Source: a virus (lineage: Duplodnaviria > Caudoviricetes). Taken from it: a stretch of DNA of 25,858 nt. The position numbers and the translations under genes are program-made. The notes below the pieces were generated by a model. That model had not been told where the DNA came from. It worked only from the letters and a program-made list of their open reading frames with translations, and searched no databases. Below, in pieces: positions 16,882 through 24,446 of this stretch (positions are counted from its first letter, which is position 1; each line of letters begins with the position of its first letter). Where the stretch lies: positions 1 through 25,858 of IMG/VR virus record IMGVR_UViG_3300033067_002211; one strand, written 5' to 3'.

Positions 16882-18129
16882 ATGCCGGTTCCAACTGACA
16901 TAACCGAAATAAAGATACCCAGTTTCAAGGTGGTGGCGTCCGACGAGGACGCTAGCGAGGTCTTCGCCGTTTCCACCGTGGCCAATCCTGCCATAGCAAG
17001 GGCCTTCGTCGCGTTCGATGCGTTCGACGACTCCAAGAGGAGCATGGCCTACGTCAGCATGGCCGAGCACACAAAGATGAGGCTTACCGGACCAGTACTG
17101 GTCCCAGACATGCCGATACTAAGGCACATGCCAGAGCTTGGCATAGGGGTCAACGGCTACTTCAACATGGTGTTCAGCCGCGAGGTCATAGAGACACTCG
17201 CGAAGAAGTTCGCCAGGAACGGAAATCTCATAAACACCACAGCCGACCACTCGTGGCCTACCGACAACTACGTTTTCGAGAGCTGGATAGTAGAAGACCC
17301 GGAGAGGGACAAGTCTGCAGCCATGGGCTTCACGGACGTCGCTCCTGGAACCTGGTTCGTGACCATGCAGGTGACCGACAAACAGTGGTGGGACGAATAC
17401 ATAACATCCGGCGAGTTCCGCGGGTTCTCCGTCGAGATGATGGCTGGCATAGACATAAGCACCGCGCTGTCTCAGGTTAAAGACCTGAATACAGAGCTTG
17501 TGGCTCCAGAGGCCGGAGAGTCAGAAGACGAGTTCATAGGCAGGTGCATTGGCAAGCTGGTCAGCGAGGGATACGAGCAGGACCAGGCTGCGGCCGTATG
17601 CTACTCCTACTGGGACGAATCAAGAAAAAGCACAAAACTACAACAAGACATGACATACACACTTAAGGACGGCACCGCCGTCGAGATTAGCGCCCTCGAG
17701 GTGGGCGGAACGGTTACCGTCGACGGAAACCCCGCACCCGACGGACAGCACGAGCTTGAAGACGGCACCGTGATAGAGGTGCTTGACGGCGTTATCGCGT
17801 CCGTTACCGAGCCCGAAAGCAAAGAAGAAGACGTAGAAGTCGAGATTGAGATGAACGCAGACAGGGTCGCAGAGATAGTGAACGCTGCACTGCAGCCTCT
17901 TGTCGAGCGCATAGCGGCTCTGGAGGGCGAGAACAGCGCACTTCGTACCGAGCTGTCGAGCCTCGCGTCTACCGAGACTGTCGAGTCTCTTCGCGCAGAG
18001 CTGTCCGCAGCAAACGAGGAGATAGCCGGCCTGAAGGCCGAGCCGTCAAAGTCGAAGCTAGAGGGACCGACCTCCAAAACGTCTTTCAAGACTGCGATGG
18101 AGAGAATCCAGAGCATGCGCAAAAAGTAA
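16882..18129 (+). CDS. Prohead protease (XkdF-like) fused to scaffold protein, 415 aa
   Basis: VANPAI, LTGPVLVPD, TTADH, FESWIVED, GTWFV and GFSVE motifs; C-terminal PAPDGQHELEDGTVI plus coiled coil. Start moved from the track's 16798 to ATG 16882. Confidence 0.85.
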   Translation: MPVPTDITEIKIPSFKVVASDEDASEVFAVSTVANPAIARAFVAFDAFDDSKRSMAYVSMAEHTKMRLTGPVLVPDMPILRHMPELGIGVNGYFNMVFSREVIETLAKKFARNGNLINTTADHSWPTDNYVFESWIVEDPERDKSAAMGFTDVAPGTWFVTMQVTDKQWWDEYITSGEFRGFSVEMMAGIDISTALSQVKDLNTELVAPEAGESEDEFIGRCIGKLVSEGYEQDQAAAVCYSYWDESRKSTKLQQDMTYTLKDGTAVEISALEVGGTVTVDGNPAPDGQHELEDGTVIEVLDGVIASVTEPESKEEDVEVEIEMNADRVAEIVNAALQPLVERIAALEGENSALRTELSSLASTETVESLRAELSAANEEIAGLKAEPSKSKLEGPTSKTSFKTAMERIQSMRKK

Positions 18130-18150
18130 ACGGCGCAACCGTTGACCCTA

Positions 18151-18159
18151 GCGTATATA
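18151..18159 (+). promoter_or_regulatory. Putative late promoter GCGTATATA, copy 5
   Basis: Intergenic, before the capsid gene, followed by an A-rich leader. Confidence 0.7.
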
Positions 18160-18189
18160 CGAACGAAAACATAAAGGAAAAAATATAAG

Positions 18190-19080
18190 ATGGCATTCAC
18201 TGACAATACCACGAGCCTCGCCGGCAAAGATAGTCTGGAGTTCTTCTCCGCAGCGCTGTTGACAGGCGACACAAAATCCATCGTGCGCAAGTTCCCGAAC
18301 GTGAAGTCGAAACTCAACGTGCCGAAGCTCGCCATGAGCGGCATCGTGGTAAGTGACGACTGCGTTTTCTCGGACACGCAGACTACAACCCTGAGCACCA
18401 AAGCACTCACTGTCGAGCCGCTGAAGATTAACCTGACGCTGTGCAAGACCACTCTTGAGGCTGGCATGCTCGGCAACTTCATGAGCCAGGGCAGCAACGC
18501 TAACCCTCCTCAGGAGTTCGTCGACTACGTGCTCGAAGAGGTAGCTAAGGTAGTTAGTGCAGACACGGAAGATATGTTCTGGAACTTCAACACCGGCGCA
18601 TCTCCTGCTGACGCTTTCGACGGCCTTTTGGCACAGTTTGTGGCAGACAGCGACGTTGTAGATGTTGGAGGCACCACCCTGTCCGCTACCAACATCCTGA
18701 CTGAGCTTGGCAAGGTGTACGCCGCTATACCCGCAACGGTAATAGACGACCCAAACCTTAAGATTTTCATGTCAGCTGCAGGCGCTAAGTTCTACCGCCA
18801 GTACCAGGCTTCCGTTACAGGCGGTCTGTTCTACCTGGCAGCAAACGAAATGACCTATCTGGGCATCCCAATTGTCGTTTCTAAGGCGCTTCCTACCAAC
18901 GACATCGTTGCCGCTTCTACAGACAACCTGTGGTACGGCTTCGACGCTGCCGACGAGGAGATGAACATCCGCATCACCGACATGGAGCCCCTGGGTCAGG
19001 GCCGCTCTCTCCGCGTGACCGGCTTCTTCAAGTTCGGCGTTGGATACGGAAACGGTTCGGAGATAGTTTACTACACCTGA
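18190..19080 (+). CDS. Major capsid protein, 296 aa
   Basis: Follows protease/scaffold; PNVKSK, LKINLTLCK, DAFDGLL and GVGYGNGSEIVYY motifs; size fits an HK97 fold; distinct codon use. Confidence 0.85.
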   Translation: MAFTDNTTSLAGKDSLEFFSAALLTGDTKSIVRKFPNVKSKLNVPKLAMSGIVVSDDCVFSDTQTTTLSTKALTVEPLKINLTLCKTTLEAGMLGNFMSQGSNANPPQEFVDYVLEEVAKVVSADTEDMFWNFNTGASPADAFDGLLAQFVADSDVVDVGGTTLSATNILTELGKVYAAIPATVIDDPNLKIFMSAAGAKFYRQYQASVTGGLFYLAANEMTYLGIPIVVSKALPTNDIVAASTDNLWYGFDAADEEMNIRITDMEPLGQGRSLRVTGFFKFGVGYGNGSEIVYYT

Positions 19081-19104
19081 GCCTAAGGCCTAGAGCCTAA
19101 AAAA

Positions 19105-19135
19105 TGACGGAGGTCGCTGATAACGGCCTCCGTCA
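19105..19135. terminator. Stem-loop between capsid and tail tube genes
   Basis: TGACGGAGGTCG-ctgataa-CGGCCTCCGTCA forms a 12-bp stem with one G-U pair on the + transcript. An A6 run lies 5' of it and there is no U tract on +. Confidence 0.6.
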
Positions 19136-19164
19136 ACAAATCCAACAACAGAGAATAAAAAGAA

Positions 19165-19677
19165 ATGAGCTGCACCATACTTACAGACGGAATAGCGAAG
19201 GATTGCTCCAATAACATCGGAGGCGTTGTCAAGATATACATCACCGACTTTGCCAACGTGTCTAGTCTCTCGAAGACTGGTAGCGAGATAAGCTCCTTCA
19301 CAATGGCATCGGGCACGCTGTTCTACGAGTTCGCGTTCAACCGCAACACGTCGACCTTCACAGAGAACGCCACAGTGAGCGTAGAGAACGGTTCGCTGTT
19401 CTACGACCAGACCGTGACCCTGAGGATTCCCCGCAGGGAGAGCGCCAAGCGCGACGTCCTAGCCCTTCTGATGCAGAAGGAACTTGCAGTAATCGTGAAG
19501 GACGCAAACGGCAACTACTGGTACCCAGGCGAGACAAAGGGTTGCTACGTCAGCGAGCTGCCTTCTGAGTCTGGCACCGCGGCTGGCGACTTCAACGGTT
19601 ACACAATCACAATCAAAGGTGAGGAGGGAGCACAGGCACCCGAGGTTACCGGTGCTGCTGTGGCTGCTGTAATCTAA
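19165..19677 (+). CDS. Major tail tube protein, 170 aa
   Basis: MSC...DC...GGV, ENGSLFYDQTVTL, VIVKDANGNYW and GTAAGDFNGYTITI motifs; follows the capsid gene. Confidence 0.75.
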   Translation: MSCTILTDGIAKDCSNNIGGVVKIYITDFANVSSLSKTGSEISSFTMASGTLFYEFAFNRNTSTFTENATVSVENGSLFYDQTVTLRIPRRESAKRDVLALLMQKELAVIVKDANGNYWYPGETKGCYVSELPSESGTAAGDFNGYTITIKGEEGAQAPEVTGAAVAAVI

Positions 19678-19707
19678 CAGGTAGAAATCAGACATTTTCC
19701 CATAAGT

Positions 19708-19744
19708 AAAAGGGGTGACAAATCGTCACCCCTTTGCTTTTTAT
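19708..19744. terminator. Bidirectional intrinsic terminator
   Basis: AAAGGGGTGAC-aaatc-GTCACCCCTTT followed by GCTTTTTAT, between the convergent tail tube and HNH genes. Confidence 0.85.
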
Positions 19745-19758
19745 GAATATTTTATACG

Positions 19759-20301
19759 TCAGAAGTTCGTCCTGGCAAACTCGCCGAACAGCCTGACTGC
19801 TGCCTCGTCGTACGCCGCAGCCGCCGACTCCTCGTCCTTGAAGCTGCCTAGGTACAGCCTCTTCCCGCCGTGCGCTATCTTTGCCGTCCAGTAGTGGTAC
19901 GCCTTCGTTTTGCTGTTGTTCCACAGCGTGAAGCCTGCTACGCCTTTGTACTTGCTCAGCTTGGTCTGTCTAACTTTTTGGTTTGCAAGGTTCTGAGACG
20001 TTGTGCATGGCCTTATGTTGGACGCCCTGTTGTCAAGCTTGTCGCCGTTCGCGTGGTCCAGGCAGTCCATGTTTTCGAAGACCGAAAGCTCTGCGACCAT
20101 CCTGTGCATCTTAACGTTCCTCCTTTTACCGTCGGTTACGACCCAGGTCATCGCGTAGCCCCTAACGTCTACGGACCACGTGTGCTTCCTTAGCTCGTTC
20201 TCCATCGACTCGTCGATTAGTATAGTCGCTTTTTTGTTCGCCTGCAGTGCTACGACGCCGTCTCTGCGCCATGCAACCTTGTTGTGTTTTTTGTTTCCCA
20301 T
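19759..20301 (-). CDS. HNH-AP2 homing endonuclease, about 180 aa
   Basis: MHR...DHANGDKLDNRASNIR...SQN HNH motif; SKYKGV...WTAKI...YLGSF...AAAAYD...FGEFA AP2 domain. Start placed at ATG 20301. Confidence 0.92.
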   Translation of the reverse strand: MGNKKHNKVAWRRDGVVALQANKKATILIDESMENELRKHTWSVDVRGYAMTWVVTDGKRRNVKMHRMVAELSVFENMDCLDHANGDKLDNRASNIRPCTTSQNLANQKVRQTKLSKYKGVAGFTLWNNSKTKAYHYWTAKIAHGGKRLYLGSFKDEESAAAAYDEAAVRLFGEFARTNF

Positions 20302-20342
20302 GATATATGTATCCGGCGCAAAAAGCGCATTTTTTCCACCTC

Positions 20343-20351
20343 GCGTATTTA
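20343..20351 (+). promoter_or_regulatory. Putative late promoter variant GCGTATTTA, copy 6
   Basis: 8 nt before ATG 20360; restarts + transcription after the terminator and HNH gene. Confidence 0.6.
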
Positions 20352-20359
20352 CATGAGCT

Positions 20360-20785
20360 ATGATAAACTTGACCAGGGGCGAAGAGAACACGTTTGTAGT
20401 CACGCTGACCGAGAAGTCTCAGCTAGACAGGACCGCGTCAGGCTTTGGCTGGGTCTTCGTGTTCAGCTGTCCGGCAACAAACGAGAGCTTCGCGTTCACC
20501 GCAATGGACGAGTCCGGGGCCACGGCCAGGTTCAACCAGTTCACCGTCACCGAGACCGGCGACCCAGACGAGGTGGACCTCGCCTCCGGCGTTATAAAGC
20601 TGGACCCGGCCGGGACTTGGGAGTACGTCGCGTACGAGGCAGAGGACGCGTTATCCGTGGTGGCGTCGCAGGACGTAGCTGGGCTAAACGAGGTCGAGAG
20701 AGGCACGGTTGACGTGGTAGAGACAGAAAGCGTGACACCAACATGGGAGCCGGCGGCAGAGTCTAGGCCTGTCTGGGAACCATAA
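20360..20785 (+). CDS. Probable virion structural protein, beta-rich, 141 aa
   Basis: NTFVVTLTE, RFNQFTVTE, GTWEYVAYE and VERG motifs; precedes the portal gene. Confidence 0.65.
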   Translation: MINLTRGEENTFVVTLTEKSQLDRTASGFGWVFVFSCPATNESFAFTAMDESGATARFNQFTVTETGDPDEVDLASGVIKLDPAGTWEYVAYEAEDALSVVASQDVAGLNEVERGTVDVVETESVTPTWEPAAESRPVWEP

Positions 20786-20799
20786 ACACAACAAAAGAA

Positions 20800-21990
20800 A
20801 TGAACCTTATAGAATTTAAGAAATACAGAGACTCGCTACAGACGAAGGGGGTGATAGACCAGCAGGGCGACGCCACGCTGCTCGTCACTTCAATGGGCGC
20901 TGTAGAGCAACCGACTGTGAAGGTGAGCAAGAGGTACGACTGGGTAGAGTACGGAGACGACAACCTGTACCCGTCATTCCTGCTGGACCTGTACAATGGC
21001 AGCGCCATACACGGTGCCATTGTCAGCGGAACCGCAACGATGGTAGCCGGAGGCGAGCTGCTCGTAAACGGAGCAGACGCTGAGGGCAACGAGGCCGCTA
21101 TCGCGGCCCTGTCGGCAGACGCCAGGGGCGCATACGATGCGTTCGTGAGCAACGGCGTCGGAGACGACGACATATACGCCGTCAAGGACAAGGCCGCCCT
21201 CGACTACATGATATTCGGCGCTTTCGCTTTGGAGGTGCTGTGGTCAAGGGACAAGACCAGGGTAGCGGAGGTTAGGCACGTGGACGTGTCCAAGGTGAGG
21301 CTAGGCAAGATAGTCGACGGTGTAATAACCAAGTACTACTACTCCGACTGGTCCGACAAGAAGGCCGAGAAGCGGGAGTTCGACGCATTCGACGAGTCCA
21401 AGCCTGGCGGCAGCCAGCTGCTCTACGTCAGGAACCACAACCCCGGGCAGGACTACTACGGCAGGCCTAGGTACACGCAGGGCCTCACGTGGATTTCCAC
21501 AGACGTCAACCTAGGCAGCTACCACAACACGAACGTCACCAACGGGTTCAACCCGTCGCTTCGCATAAACTTCTTCGACGTGCCGGACGACCCGGACAAG
21601 CGCAGGCGCATAGTGTCCGGCATACACGCGCAGTTCCAGGGCGTGAAGAACACCGGAAAGGCCATGGTGATGTTCAGCCAGGACAAGGACCACGCCCCGA
21701 TAGTTGAGCCCATACAGGTGTCCAACCTGGACAAGCAGTACATAGCGCTGGCCGAGCAGTGCGTGCAGCAGATAATGAGCACGCACAGGGTGACACACCC
21801 GCTGCTATTTGGCGTGCAGGTGCCCGGTAAACTGGGCGGTTCAGGAGAACTCGAGGCCGCATTCGTCATTTACGACAGCACCGTCGTAGCGCCCGAGAGG
21901 GCCAAGCTCGAGCGCACGCTGAACAGGCTGCTCAGCGTCAACACACAGGAGGTCCTGATACAGCTGGAGGTCTTCAACCCGCTCGCGTAA
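20800..21990 (+). CDS. Portal protein, 396 aa
   Basis: WVEYGDDNLYP, SAIHGAIV, FGAFALEV, YYGRPRY, NGFNPS, FQGVKNTGK and HRVTHPLLFG motifs. Confidence 0.9.
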   Translation: MNLIEFKKYRDSLQTKGVIDQQGDATLLVTSMGAVEQPTVKVSKRYDWVEYGDDNLYPSFLLDLYNGSAIHGAIVSGTATMVAGGELLVNGADAEGNEAAIAALSADARGAYDAFVSNGVGDDDIYAVKDKAALDYMIFGAFALEVLWSRDKTRVAEVRHVDVSKVRLGKIVDGVITKYYYSDWSDKKAEKREFDAFDESKPGGSQLLYVRNHNPGQDYYGRPRYTQGLTWISTDVNLGSYHNTNVTNGFNPSLRINFFDVPDDPDKRRRIVSGIHAQFQGVKNTGKAMVMFSQDKDHAPIVEPIQVSNLDKQYIALAEQCVQQIMSTHRVTHPLLFGVQVPGKLGGSGELEAAFVIYDSTVVAPERAKLERTLNRLLSVNTQEVLIQLEVFNPLA

Positions 21991-22002
21991 TTACAAGCAA
22001 TA

Positions 22003-22554
22003 ATGGCCAAGGCACTATTCATAAGCGAAAACTACCTCAAGTCCGTCACGGCCATATCGGCCAACGTCGACGTGAGGGACCTGCTGCCGTTCGTAGAGCA
22101 GGCGCAGGACATACACATACAGGACGCACTGGGGTCCAAGCTTTACGACGCGCTGATGCAGGCGATAGTAGACAGCAACGTCTCCGCCGACAGGGCGGAA
22201 CTATTGGAGCAAGTCAGACCGTGCCTGGCATACTACGCCATGCACGCCGCGCTCCCGTTCATCAACTTCAAGGTGAGAAACGTAGGCGTGGTGAAGCAGC
22301 AGGGCGAGAACACGCAGAACGCCGACCTGGGCGAGATGAAGTACCTGCGCGGCGAGGTGAAGGACACTGCGGAGTACTATTTGCGCAGGCTAAACAGGTA
22401 CCTTTGCAACGAGTCTTCCAAGTTCCCGGAATACAGGAGCCCCGACGCCAAAGGTGTTCTACCAGGACAGAGGGACTACACGTGCGACCTGTACCTAGAC
22501 GAGCTGCCAAGGACCGAGGACGCGATAAAGAAAATAATGGGGAACACCGAATGA
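22003..22554 (+). CDS. Head-tail adaptor/connector protein, 183 aa
   Basis: LFISE, AQDIHIQDALGSKLY, AEYYLRRL and FPEY motifs; helical; follows the portal gene. Confidence 0.7.
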   Translation: MAKALFISENYLKSVTAISANVDVRDLLPFVEQAQDIHIQDALGSKLYDALMQAIVDSNVSADRAELLEQVRPCLAYYAMHAALPFINFKVRNVGVVKQQGENTQNADLGEMKYLRGEVKDTAEYYLRRLNRYLCNESSKFPEYRSPDAKGVLPGQRDYTCDLYLDELPRTEDAIKKIMGNTE

Positions 22555-23039
22555 TGGACACCACATCTGCTTTAAAAACGCTGTCTTACACCACGGCACC
22601 AGCTGTTGGTGCATACCTAACCACTATAGGCGTCAACCACGGACTACTGTTCGGGCTTTTTGCTATGATGGGTATAGACATACTAACAGCCGTTGTGATG
22701 TGGCTACGGGTCGACCCTGTAAGGCTAAAAAGCAGGGTCCTTAAAGCCGGCATGACAGAGAAGTTTGCTTCTTTGATACCGGCTGCTGTGATATTCGTCC
22801 TCATGCTTGCTTTCGACTCGTCCACAGCGATGATACTTAACGGTTACCTTGGACTGCTGATACTTGCGGAGTCGTACTCTGCTATATCAAACGCGCACTG
22901 CGCCTACACCAAAGAGATAAAGCACGAGTTCGACGCGGTGTCCACCGCCATGAAGTGGGCCAAGCGCAAGCTGGCCAGAATGGTGATGGCGGCGGCCTCA
23001 GACGAAGACATCACAGACAACCCAGACAATAAGCAGTAA
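22551..23039 (+). CDS. Holin (phage holin 4 / toxin-secretion type), about 162 aa
   Basis: ATG overlaps the upstream TGA; hydrophobic segments; DILTAV, KSRVLKAGMTEK and ESYSAISN motifs; charged C-terminal tail. Confidence 0.75.
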   Translation: MMDTTSALKTLSYTTAPAVGAYLTTIGVNHGLLFGLFAMMGIDILTAVVMWLRVDPVRLKSRVLKAGMTEKFASLIPAAVIFVLMLAFDSSTAMILNGYLGLLILAESYSAISNAHCAYTKEIKHEFDAVSTAMKWAKRKLARMVMAAASDEDITDNPDNKQ

Positions 23040-23047
23040 AAAGCTGC

Positions 23048-23752
23048 GTGGAACCAGAGATGCGCATACCCTGCGAGACAAACTCACTGATATACTTCGA
23101 CATCGAGACGGTGTCAGACCCCGCGCCTAGCAGGCGCTCCATAGAGGAGTACTGCAGGCTCAAGCCTGTGCCTAAGGACGACGACGGATTCGAGACGCAC
23201 ACAGAGAAAGAGTGGTTCCGTCACGGCGCTGGCTTGCACGCGGAGTTCGGCCGCGTCGTCTGCATAAGCGCCGGCGTCATACGGGAGGACACGCTGAGGC
23301 TGAAGTCTTTCGCCGGCGTTGACGAGAGGTCTGTGATACGCGGGTTCTTCGATTTGGTATCGGCGTTTGAGGACAGGGTTTCTGGTCTCTGCGGCCACAA
23401 CGTGAAGCAGTTTGACGCGCCATACCTAGCCAAGCGTGCTGCGGTCCTGGGCATAACAAACGTGCCTAAGGCCTTCGAGCTGTACGGCGTTAAACCGTGG
23501 GAGTCCCACTTCCTGGACACCGCGGAGCTGTGGAGGTGCGGCCAGTACGCAAGCCCGGCCAGACTGAGTATGCTGTGCGACCTGTTAGGCGTGCCAGACC
23601 CGAAATCAGAGATGGACGGCAGCGGGGTACAGCACGCTGTTTCAGAGGGCAGGCTTGAAGACGTGATAAAGTACTGCGAAGAAGACGTACTGGCGACTGC
23701 GCGGCTGCTAGAGAGGCTGGCAAATGGCCACTGGACGCTAGAAAGGGCGTAA
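23048..23752 (+). CDS. PolB-like 3'-5' exonuclease (DEDDy)
   Basis: ExoI FDIET, ExoII GHNVKQFDAPYL, ExoIII YCEEDV; start is GTG 23048 or ATG 23060. Confidence 0.88.
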   Translation: MEPEMRIPCETNSLIYFDIETVSDPAPSRRSIEEYCRLKPVPKDDDGFETHTEKEWFRHGAGLHAEFGRVVCISAGVIREDTLRLKSFAGVDERSVIRGFFDLVSAFEDRVSGLCGHNVKQFDAPYLAKRAAVLGITNVPKAFELYGVKPWESHFLDTAELWRCGQYASPARLSMLCDLLGVPDPKSEMDGSGVQHAVSEGRLEDVIKYCEEDVLATARLLERLANGHWTLERA

Positions 23753-23757
23753 ATTTG
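23750..23757 (+). promoter_or_regulatory. Bacteroidota -7 promoter element TAnnTTTG (TAAATTTG)
   Basis: Exact consensus match 4 nt before ATG 23762; no clear -33 TTTG. Confidence 0.45.
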
Positions 23758-23761
23758 TACC

Positions 23762-24235
23762 ATGAAAAAGCAAATAATTGGGGCACTGTTGTTTTTATGC
23801 GCCTGCACCGCAACAACCGCTGATGCGCAGACCATCTCGTCAGAGTTCAAGCTCGACGGCTTCATACTCAACGAAGAAGATTACGGGCAGTCCGGTATAA
23901 CCGGCGGGTTCAGCATGGCAAACAGCTTCCACGCTGGCTCTTTCACTATGACTTCCGTTGAAGCTATAGACTCGCTCACTATAAGAATATTCGACGCGTC
24001 AGGTCGCCTTCTGTGCACTCCAGAGATACGCTACGAGTTTAGAGACTGGATGTCGTACGGACAGGAAAGGCACTTCTACGACGCGTGGATTGATTTTGGG
24101 ATAGGCCAGACAGGCAAAACCGGAGGCTGGGTAGGAGAGGTGTCTAACTGGCGCGGTCAGATTGTCGTGCTTGTAGAGGGCGTGCAGCTTGGTGTGCCCA
24201 AGAGACTAAGCTTCACCGGCTTCCTCTGCTTCTGA
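23762..24235 (+). CDS. Exported or lipoprotein-like hypothetical protein, 157 aa
   Basis: MKKQIIGALLFLCACTATTADA-Q signal peptide; beta-rich mature region. Confidence 0.75.
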   Translation: MKKQIIGALLFLCACTATTADAQTISSEFKLDGFILNEEDYGQSGITGGFSMANSFHAGSFTMTSVEAIDSLTIRIFDASGRLLCTPEIRYEFRDWMSYGQERHFYDAWIDFGIGQTGKTGGWVGEVSNWRGQIVVLVEGVQLGVPKRLSFTGFLCF

Positions 24236-24445
24236 GAAGTACTTCCTAAGCAGGGCCCTCGCGTGCTCTGACAGCAGGCCCTCGAAAGAGCCAGAGAAGT
24301 AGCAGTAACCGAAAGACTCTGCAGGTAGGTAACCCGAGCCAGAGATAGGCTCATAAGCGTTAACGCAGTGGTCGGAGTTGTAGTATATTTTGTACTCCGG
24401 GTGTTTCTCCCAGAACAGCAGCGCGTATTCCAAACAATTCATCAT
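24206..24445 (-). CDS. Hypothetical protein, 79 aa
   Basis: Starts 1 nt after the GT25 stop; NCLEYAL and YYNSDHC motifs; overlaps the convergent gene by 30 nt. Confidence 0.6.
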   Translation of the reverse strand: MMNCLEYALLFWEKHPEYKIYYNSDHCVNAYEPISGSGYLPAESFGYCYFSGSFEGLLSEHARALLRKYFSEAEEAGEA

Positions 24446-24446
24446 T

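Noticed and set aside
19745-19760. Minus-strand ACGTATAAAAT as a seventh promoter copy
   Set aside because: Several mismatches, points straight into the terminator, and no credible gene follows.
3420-20351. GCGTATATAAC copies as CRISPR repeats or att sites
   Set aside because: Too short and kilobases apart, always oriented before starts; no cas or integrase gene.
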